From assembly GCA_046484245.1 (NCBI GenBank), contig JAWOBN010000086.1:1-13272 (forward strand): 13,272 nucleotides of DNA, in the 5' to 3' direction. The notes beneath the pieces are model-generated. The model did no database searches. It saw only the letters and a program-made list of their open reading frames with translations, and was not told the origin of the DNA. Source of the stretch: a bacterium. GTDB lineage: Bacteria; Hydrothermota; 32-111. Positions 1 through 6,489 of the stretch are shown piece after piece. Positions within the stretch are counted from its first letter, which is position 1. The number at the start of each line of letters is the position of its first letter. A program made the translations under genes and the position numbers.

Positions 1-276
1 TTCTGTTTTGACCATGGCTGAATAGACAATTGCAGTATTCTCCACATCAGTGTTATGTACTGAAAAAAGTGGGAAAACTGCAGATGTGTCTGCCCTGAGC
101 ATATAGGAGCCGTCCGAGTCAAAGGACGGCTCATCTGTAAAACGCATATTACCGGACTCATTTATTACAGTATTGGCATTTATACTGTCACTGAACAGAA
201 CAGCAGTTTCTGCATTGGAGCAGTTTAAAACCATTGCACTGATAATAATCAGGGAGATAAAGCACAGGTTCTTCAT
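1..276 (-). CDS. Hypothetical lipoprotein, N-terminal 92 codons (runs off window edge)
   Basis: Hand translation from ATG at 276: MKNLCFISLIIISAMVLNCSNAETAVLFSDSINANTVINESGNMRFTDEPSFDSDGSYMLRADTSAVFPLFSVHNTDVENTAIVYSAMVKTE, open to position 1. Basic N-terminus, hydrophobic stretch and lipobox-like VLNC. Starts 2 nt after the stop of the 926-aa gene. Not in the ORF track because it is truncated. Confidence 0.8.
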   Translation of the reverse strand, partial: MKNLCFISLIIISAMVLNCSNAETAVLFSDSINANTVINESGNMRFTDEPSFDSDGSYMLRADTSAVFPLFSVHNTDVENTAIVYSAMVKTE

Positions 277-278
277 GC

Positions 279-3059
279 TTATCTCAATATGATAAATTTA
301 CTGTCGTATATTCCGGGATTCTTATTATCCTTGATAAAATAAATGCCGGGGGGCATATCCGTTTTTATATTCATACTCTTTGAACCATTCACAGAACCTG
401 TGAATATATGCTTGACCTTTCTGCCCTGAATATCATATATACTGATATCAAAATACTCATTTCTGCCTCTTAATGTAAAACTCATTGCACTGCTGTATAT
501 CAATGGACTGAAATCAATATCCCGCTTCTCATAATCATTTCTATTGCTGCTTATACTGCTGAATGCAGGTCTGAATGCATATACATCTCCCTCTATGGGC
601 ATTCTGCCGCCTGAATTATACACTCTCCAGAACTCCAGTTTATCAGGCAATTCTGACACTGTGTCAAACAATGCAAGGTAGGGTCTTGCATGTGTTCTAA
701 GACCCGAGATTCTCAATCCGCCGATATAGAGGGAATATTCGCCTACCGGAGCATACGGCACAGTATCTTCTCCCATGAAGGCGTATGAAACTGCTGACAC
801 GGCATTTGCATTATACTGTATTGGGTAATCTTCATAATTCTCACAGTATATTGCAGGATAGATTGTGTCATTATCATTATGCCATTCAATGATAATATCC
901 CTTCCCCCTAATAGAGAGTATTGTGTTACATGAAAGACAGAATCCGGATAATCCTCTTCAAAATCATTGAATATGACAATTGAATCATTACTAATCAAAT
1001 AGTATGAATCAAATTGCAGTTTAAAGTACAAGCCGTCAAATATATCCGTGTAGTATAATGAACAGGGAGAAATTATTGTATCTCTTATCTTCATTTGATG
1101 GTCAGTACTGTCATAGACTGAAAAGGGCATGAAGAGATTGTCGCCATTCATATAAGGATTGGAGAACATGAGATAATACACATGGGATCTTACAGCCGAA
1201 GAGTCCATAATTTCAGCGCTTACTGTCAGCACATTATTGTCACCCGATATGAAATTCAATGTATCCTCCGGCCTCGGGCAATTCAGATTGAAGTGAAGAT
1301 TGGCAGTATCTGAAGCATGATCATCACTGACAATAAGCAGGGCAGTATAATTGCCATTAGGCAGTATGGTCCATGCATTGACTATCAGTGAATCATTCCG
1401 GGTTGAAGCATTATACTTTATACTGTCATTTGACTCATTATGAAAGAGTGTCAGTTGAGACATATGATTGTCATTGTCTGTATCCAATACATGCCACTTG
1501 AATAATACTTGAGTTGGATCTTCTGTCTTGCTTTCAAATGATTCAATATACGGGGGACAGTTCATATCATTCCTGTCAATGCCTATATGGAATATCTCGG
1601 AATGTAAATCAGATGAGAATCTGTCAAAATTCCACAATTGCCAGTAATAATAACCGTCATCAAGAGCAGTTATATCAAGCATATGAGAGAAATTATTAAT
1701 GCCTTTGACAGTATGTGTGCTGTGCGTCAATATATTCTGAAAGGATATGGCAAATGAATCCTCTGTTTCGTCACATGACCATTCAAACCGTGTGTCAGAC
1801 CTTATCACTGCACTGTCTTCAGGACTGATTACCGTAATCTCACTGTTACGATCATTCCAGAATTCCTGCAGAGAGAGAGCATGGGGCACTATCATTTCAG
1901 GGTATTCATCTATGGTGAGTGCGAATGTGTAAATCAATGAATCACCGTAAGCCAGATCAAACGGACCTGTGGATAGGATAAATCTCTTGTCTCCTGCCCG
2001 TTCTGACCCTTCATTCATGCCCGGATAACCCGGTGTATTGACAGACCAGTAGGGGAATGGCTCATAGGAGCTCTCCGGATCAGAAGGGTCAAATGTCAGA
2101 AAATCATATCCTGCCATCACCTGATATTTCTCCTCTTTTGTAGCAGGGATTGAAGCCAGTGTAACCGGAGTGAGAGATGTCAATCCGATTTGAGCAAATG
2201 GAGGGATGAAATACCCGTTGTCATGATACAGGTCAATGGGTTCATATGTCACAGGTGTTTCCAGGAGTGTGACAGAGAAAATGCCCGGTTCATGAGCCCA
2301 TCCCGCCTCACTCTCCAGCTGATACTGATAGACAGTATTGACTCGTCTCAATGAATTATCTACAGTCATTGTGTCAATATAACCCACCAGGTCATTGGCT
2401 GATGAGCCCGATTCATTGCCTATATCACTGTCAAAAACATAACCGAAATAGCAATTCCTTATATCCCTGCTGTCATCCCTCTCATTTTTCAGCACCATAC
2501 GGATTATTACAACATCTTCAAGCAATGGACCGAACCACTGATATGAATTCTGCTTTACTGTAATGCCCAGGGGTTTATTCTCCTGTGCAAGATGCTGAAA
2601 GGGATCCTTATCAGAATAAAAACAGTATGTATCAAAGAGTGAAACAGTGGAATCATATACAATACTGCTGTTAATATCGCGCGGCGGCCAGTCATTACGC
2701 GAATTATAGACACGTTCATATGGGCTTGTATATCCCGGCGCATCACTGCCGTCCCCGGGGCAGAATTCAGATATGTAATTCCCTGTTGTCACCAGAGTAT
2801 CTGTGATAGTATCCAAACGGGAAGTAATGGAATCAATGAGACCGCCCAGCCACAGACCTGCGTCATATATGTAATTCTCTGCAGGATATCCTGAAGGCCA
2901 GTATCCGCCCGCATTGCCTGTTTCAACATTATGTCCTATGTGACCGTAATTGGTCACTGTGATATGGAATTCATTGCCCTCAGCCCAATCCATATCCCAT
3001 TTGCCTGCCAGACCTATTGCCAGTATTAAAACCATCAAAACCATCATCAGATATTTCAT
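279..3059 (-). CDS. Large secreted protein with C-terminal T9SS type A / FlgD-Ig-like sorting domain; function unknown
   Basis: 926-aa ORF with Sec signal (MKYLMMVLMVLILAIGLA). C-terminus ISIYDIQGRKVK...PGIYFIK...SKFIILR is typical of Por/T9SS CTDs. Acidic, Ig/Fn3-like middle region (SPEDSA..FEWS..DGYYYW). RBS AGGAGG at 3064-3069 on the minus strand. Confidence 0.85.
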   Translation of the reverse strand: MKYLMMVLMVLILAIGLAGKWDMDWAEGNEFHITVTNYGHIGHNVETGNAGGYWPSGYPAENYIYDAGLWLGGLIDSITSRLDTITDTLVTTGNYISEFCPGDGSDAPGYTSPYERVYNSRNDWPPRDINSSIVYDSTVSLFDTYCFYSDKDPFQHLAQENKPLGITVKQNSYQWFGPLLEDVVIIRMVLKNERDDSRDIRNCYFGYVFDSDIGNESGSSANDLVGYIDTMTVDNSLRRVNTVYQYQLESEAGWAHEPGIFSVTLLETPVTYEPIDLYHDNGYFIPPFAQIGLTSLTPVTLASIPATKEEKYQVMAGYDFLTFDPSDPESSYEPFPYWSVNTPGYPGMNEGSERAGDKRFILSTGPFDLAYGDSLIYTFALTIDEYPEMIVPHALSLQEFWNDRNSEITVISPEDSAVIRSDTRFEWSCDETEDSFAISFQNILTHSTHTVKGINNFSHMLDITALDDGYYYWQLWNFDRFSSDLHSEIFHIGIDRNDMNCPPYIESFESKTEDPTQVLFKWHVLDTDNDNHMSQLTLFHNESNDSIKYNASTRNDSLIVNAWTILPNGNYTALLIVSDDHASDTANLHFNLNCPRPEDTLNFISGDNNVLTVSAEIMDSSAVRSHVYYLMFSNPYMNGDNLFMPFSVYDSTDHQMKIRDTIISPCSLYYTDIFDGLYFKLQFDSYYLISNDSIVIFNDFEEDYPDSVFHVTQYSLLGGRDIIIEWHNDNDTIYPAIYCENYEDYPIQYNANAVSAVSYAFMGEDTVPYAPVGEYSLYIGGLRISGLRTHARPYLALFDTVSELPDKLEFWRVYNSGGRMPIEGDVYAFRPAFSSISSNRNDYEKRDIDFSPLIYSSAMSFTLRGRNEYFDISIYDIQGRKVKHIFTGSVNGSKSMNIKTDMPPGIYFIKDNKNPGIYDSKFIILR

Positions 3060-3084
3060 TAACCCTCCTAGGTAACTGAATAAT

Positions 3085-3112
3085 ATTATACCAAAAATGT
3101 TAAAAATTGCAA
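3085..3112 (-). promoter_or_regulatory. sigma70-type promoter for the T9SS cargo gene
   Basis: Minus strand reads TTGCAA (3112-3107), 16-nt spacer, TATAAT (3090-3085), with a TG extended -10 (TGG-TATAAT). Lies just upstream of the RBS. Confidence 0.75.
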
Positions 3113-3143
3113 TACTGTGTTCCCGGGACGGGAAATCGCAGTA
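3113..3143. repeat. Stable hairpin adjacent to the -35 box
   Basis: TACTGTG-TTCCCG-gga-CGGGAA-at-CGCAGTA: 13-bp stem with one G.U pair and a 2-nt bulge on the plus strand. Function not determined. Confidence 0.6.
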
Positions 3144-3173
3144 AGGATGCTCACGTACAACGGAAGACCGGAG

Positions 3174-3208
3174 TCAGCCATCAGCCATCGGCTGCCGGCC
3201 AACGGCTT
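3174..3208. repeat. Degenerate heptanucleotide tandem repeat (5 units)
   Basis: TCAGCCA TCAGCCA TCGGCTG CCGGCCA ACGGCTT. Further copies CCGGCCA at 3218-3224 and TCAGCCA at 3276-3282. Confidence 0.6.
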
Positions 3209-3226
3209 TGTGAATAGCCGGCCACA

Positions 3227-3273
3227 GAGATACCTTCGCGAATGCTTTAATGAAAGCAGAACTCGGCATGACA
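3227..3273 (-). repeat. CGTC/TGTC-tagged REP-like palindromic unit
   Basis: Plus strand GAGATACCTTCG...CTCGGCATGACA, i.e. minus strand TGTCATGCCGAG...GGTATCTC. This resembles from memory the GTCAT...ATCT REP-like repeats often found near GIY-YIG nuclease genes. Contains the inner hairpin TGCTTT-aatg-AAAGCA (3243-3258). Confidence 0.5.
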
Positions 3274-3315
3274 ATTCAGCCATGGGGAGCTGTACGGTGA
3301 ATAATGCGGAACGTC

Positions 3316-3513
3316 TTTCCTCATAAGAAAAAGTCACTGAATATAATTATTATGTAATGTTTGTTTTCTTAATAAAAAAGCATTTAGCATAGTGATTGAT
3401 GTAATGACGGAGAGGCTCACACATTCTCATCAGCACCGAATTATCGGTTATGCACGGGTTGGCAAAGGTGCTTTCTGAGAACTGTCCTCGCCTCATTATT
3501 ATTTATGAGGAAA
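3316..3513. other. Inverted-repeat-bounded structured element (ncRNA or MITE-like; identity unknown)
   Basis: Perfect 11-bp IR TTTCCTCATAA (3316-3326) / TTATGAGGAAA (3503-3513). Encloses nested stems GAGGC/GCCTC, TTCTCA/TGAGAA and AGCACC/GGTGCT. Confidence 0.45.
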
Positions 3514-3557
3514 CATATGTCTTTCAAGTACTTTATTTTTGAGGAATAACGCTGCAA

Positions 3558-3586
3558 TTGACACGGAAGCGCTGGTCAATTATAAT
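3558..3586 (+). promoter_or_regulatory. Perfect-consensus sigma70 promoter
   Basis: TTGACA (3558-3563), 17-nt spacer, TATAAT (3581-3586). Followed by RBS GGAGG (3596-3600) and ATG at 3605. Confidence 0.9.
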
Positions 3587-3604
3587 GACAAAAACGGAGG
3601 TATT

Positions 3605-4045
3605 ATGAATCAGAAGAGATTCTATGTGTTTATAATAATGATACTTACAGTAATTCTCATTATTTTCATTATTTCAGGCATTACAATGAGCAGGAGATAC
3701 CGCGAGCTCAGCAGAAAATACACTGCACTCAGTGAAAAGTATTCCAAGGGGCAGGGCGATCTGATAACAGATCCCGAGATTGAATATTTCAGAAGAAAGG
3801 GTATTGAAGATCCCCTGAGTCAATTGAAGGATGACCTTATAAGGAGAGATGAGCTGATTGAGAGCAGCGGGCAGCTGGGGGGCTCTATGGGATTTCATGA
3901 CAGGAGCGGGATAAATGTGCTGAACAGATACTGGGTCTATGCGCCATTTGATGACGGGCATGTGCAGGGATATATGATACTGGAATACCAATTTGAAGGA
4001 GACAGTGTGCTGTGGAATGCAATTGAGTCAAAAACAGATATTTAA
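3605..4045 (+). CDS. Membrane-anchored hypothetical protein (146 aa)
   Basis: Start revised from 3539 to ATG 3605 using the RBS and promoter position. One N-terminal TM helix, a short coiled coil, and a globular C-terminus with GQLGGSMGF...WVYAPFDDGHVQGYMILEY. Confidence 0.85.
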   Translation: MNQKRFYVFIIMILTVILIIFIISGITMSRRYRELSRKYTALSEKYSKGQGDLITDPEIEYFRRKGIEDPLSQLKDDLIRRDELIESSGQLGGSMGFHDRSGINVLNRYWVYAPFDDGHVQGYMILEYQFEGDSVLWNAIESKTDI

Positions 4046-4046
4046 C

Positions 4047-4074
4047 TTTACATTATATTATTATTTGATAAAAT
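4047..4074 (+). promoter_or_regulatory. sigma70-type promoter for the radical SAM operon, probably leaderless
   Basis: TTTACA (4047-4052), 16-nt spacer, TAAAAT (4069-4074), with a TG extended -10. ATG lies 8 nt downstream and there is no SD sequence. Confidence 0.6.
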
Positions 4075-4082
4075 AAATCACT

Positions 4083-5009
4083 ATGAAACATTTATTCGGG
4101 CCAATCCCGTCAAGGCGATTAGGCAGTATACTCGGTCTGGACATTATTCCGTTCAAGACATGTACATTCAACTGTATTTACTGTGAACTGGGTCCTACTG
4201 AGAATACAGCTTCACAGAGAAGGCATTATGATGAGCCTGACAGTATTGTCAGTGAGGTTGTTGAATTTCTCAGTGCCAATGACAAGAGGATTGACTACAT
4301 AGCATTCACAGGGTCCGGTGAACCGACACTCAATGCTGATATGGGTATTATTGCTGATGCATTGAGGGAGAAGACAGGCATACCCCTGGCTCTTGTGACC
4401 AATGCATCGCTATTTTATATGGAGGATGTGCGCAAGGATGCAATGGCTTTTGACATAGTCCTGCCCTCACTGGACAGTTTTGACGAGGAGATGTTTGCCA
4501 GAATAAACAGACCGGACAGGTCTATTGATTTCAATGAGATGATGGATGGTCTGAGACAGTTCACCCATGAATTCAAGGGCAGCATATTCCTTGAGATAAT
4601 GCTGGTGAAGAATTACAATGATTCAGACAAGGATATACTGAAACTGAGGCGTATTCTCTCCAAACTGAGAATTACAAAACTCCAGATAAATACTGTGATA
4701 AGACCGCCTGCAGAAGAAACCGCCGAACCGATAACTGAAGAGGACAAGACGAGAATAAAGCATCTTCTCGGGGATATTGCCAATATTGAAACTGTCTTTC
4801 ACAATGAAAGCAGGGATATTGAACCGGGTGAGATTGATGATGTGATTGCCCTCTTGTCAAGACGGCCCTGCACATTTGCCACAATATCATCGTCACTGGG
4901 CATGCCTGTTGAGGAACTCAGAGCAATACTGCAGAAACTGGAGAAGGAGAAGAAGCTCAGGGTGCGTAATTTCAATGATGAATTCTACTACAGGATAAAG
5001 AATGAATGA
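4083..5009 (+). CDS. Radical SAM protein (COG0731-like Fe-S oxidoreductase) with probable C-terminal winged-helix region
   Basis: FGPIPSRRLG start, CxxxCxxC (CTFNCIYC), GSGEPTL, LVTNASL, PSLD motifs. C-terminal LLSRRPCT...LGMPVEELRAILQKL. Confidence 0.9.
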   Translation: MKHLFGPIPSRRLGSILGLDIIPFKTCTFNCIYCELGPTENTASQRRHYDEPDSIVSEVVEFLSANDKRIDYIAFTGSGEPTLNADMGIIADALREKTGIPLALVTNASLFYMEDVRKDAMAFDIVLPSLDSFDEEMFARINRPDRSIDFNEMMDGLRQFTHEFKGSIFLEIMLVKNYNDSDKDILKLRRILSKLRITKLQINTVIRPPAEETAEPITEEDKTRIKHLLGDIANIETVFHNESRDIEPGEIDDVIALLSRRPCTFATISSSLGMPVEELRAILQKLEKEKKLRVRNFNDEFYYRIKNE

Positions 5010-6129
5010 TGTATTGATCTACGGGCTCATACTGCTCATAACCAAGATTGTCTCGGAATTATTCAAGAGAATAAAATTGCCCTCTGTTATCGGTGTGATA
5101 ATTGCCGGTGTGCTCTGCGGGCCTGTTTTCCATTTATTTGAAATAAGCCAGACACTGGATTTCCTTGCCAATATCGGGATATTGTTCCTCCTCTTCATAG
5201 CAGGACTGGAAACCAATATTGAACAGATGAAGCAGCAGGGCAAACATTCCATGATAGCAGCAGTACTGGGTGTCAGTGTGCCGTTCGGGCTTGCATTCAT
5301 ATTCATGTTTCTCAATTATGATTTCACTACAACATATACAATTGGTCTCACACTCACAGCAACATCAGTCAGTATAACTGTCATGACACTGATGGAACTC
5401 AAAAGCCTCAATACAAGAAGCGGTGTCACTGTTCTGGGTTCAGCTGTAATTGATGATGTGATTGCCATAATACTGATGACAATCTCACTGGTATTCCTCA
5501 TGCATACAGGCAATTTAGTCATGACCATAGTGAAACTTGCGGGATTCTTTGTATTCTCAATGATCTTCTATATATTCCTGTCAGATCCCTTCATGAATAT
5601 TGCAAGAAGATTCAAGTCATCGGAATCCCTTGCCGGTATTGCGGTTATCATAATGCTCCTTATGGGTGTATTCTCTCATTCACTGGGCATTGCTGCAATA
5701 ACAGGCGCATATATTGCAGGTGTTGCAATTGCCAAAACACCATACAGAAGGAAGATCATATCAAAGGTCTCCACAATAACAGACACATTGTTCATTTCAA
5801 TATTTTTCTTTGTTGTCGGCATGAAGACATCCATTGACATGCATCACATTGATATTGGGTTCACACTGTTATATGTCTTCCTTGCTGTTGCAGGCAAGAT
5901 ACTTGGCTCGGGACTTGGTGTCTTTGCGTCCGGTTTGACAATGAGAGAGGCAATGAAGGTCGGTTTCGGCATGATACCGCGCGGCGAGGTTGCACTGGTT
6001 ATTGCTGCAATAGGGTTTGACAATGCACTGATAAGCCAGAGCATATTCAATTCTGTTGTAATCATGATTCTCTTCACATCAATACTGACGCCTATAGCTT
6101 TGAAATTTTTATACAAAAAGAATATATAA
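5002..6129 (+). CDS. Cation:proton antiporter, CPA2 family (NapA-like), no cytoplasmic RCK domain
   Basis: Highly hydrophobic 375 aa. Motifs LLFIAGLE, ATSVSIT, SAVIDDV (DD pair), GKILG and PRGEVALV. Confidence 0.92.
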   Translation: MNDVLIYGLILLITKIVSELFKRIKLPSVIGVIIAGVLCGPVFHLFEISQTLDFLANIGILFLLFIAGLETNIEQMKQQGKHSMIAAVLGVSVPFGLAFIFMFLNYDFTTTYTIGLTLTATSVSITVMTLMELKSLNTRSGVTVLGSAVIDDVIAIILMTISLVFLMHTGNLVMTIVKLAGFFVFSMIFYIFLSDPFMNIARRFKSSESLAGIAVIIMLLMGVFSHSLGIAAITGAYIAGVAIAKTPYRRKIISKVSTITDTLFISIFFFVVGMKTSIDMHHIDIGFTLLYVFLAVAGKILGSGLGVFASGLTMREAMKVGFGMIPRGEVALVIAAIGFDNALISQSIFNSVVIMILFTSILTPIALKFLYKKNI

Positions 6130-6141
6130 TCAGGAGGATAG

Positions 6142-6489
6142 ATGTATCTTTTGCTCATGATCTTAAATAAGGAGGAACATCTGGATGACATACTCCAGAC
6201 ATTCCTGGAAGTGGGTATAACGGATGCCACTGTTGTGGACAGCCAGTCAATGGGGAATGTTCTCGCCTTTGATGTGCCCATATTCGCCGGACTCAAATAT
6301 CAGCTTGACGGCTCCAGGCCATACTCCAAGATGATATTCGCTATTTCAGAGGACCTTGAAGCAGTGGAGTATCTCACAAAGATACTTGAGGACATGGGCA
6401 TCAATGTTGAGGAGCCCGGTGTAATGAGAATTTTAACACTGAAGCTTGAATCAGTGCACGGTAAACCGGAGGAGTTGGATTTTGAATAA
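6142..6489 (+). CDS. PII-like (GlnB superfamily) small protein
   Basis: 115 aa. LMILNKEEHLDDILQTFLEVGITDATVVDSQSMG..PIFAGL pattern of transporter-associated PII-like proteins. RBS AGGAGG at 6132-6137. Confidence 0.75.
   Translation: MYLLLMILNKEEHLDDILQTFLEVGITDATVVDSQSMGNVLAFDVPIFAGLKYQLDGSRPYSKMIFAISEDLEAVEYLTKILEDMGINVEEPGVMRILTLKLESVHGKPEELDFE

Noticed and set aside
3028..3045. AAAACCATC x2 repeat
   Set aside because: In-frame 9-bp duplication in the signal peptide (MVL MVL); unremarkable.
3086..3337. Short ORFs 3086..3337(-) and 3117..3326(+)
   Set aside because: No clear RBS, atypical composition, and overlap with the promoter and palindromic repeats; probably spurious.
3342..3347. 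TATAAT as a promoter
   Set aside because: No -35 or correctly placed TG, and it sits in an AT-rich tract.
3332..3360. dif-like site (…TTATGTAA)
   Set aside because: Only a partial XerD-like arm; there is no XerC arm at 6-bp spacing.
3316..3513. 6S RNA, tRNA, SRP RNA or known riboswitch
   Set aside because: The fold is too asymmetric for 6S, no diagnostic motifs were recognised, and the region lies upstream of both promoters.
3499..3546. Mini-CRISPR
   Set aside because: Only two 14-bp repeats, a 20-nt gap and no cas genes.
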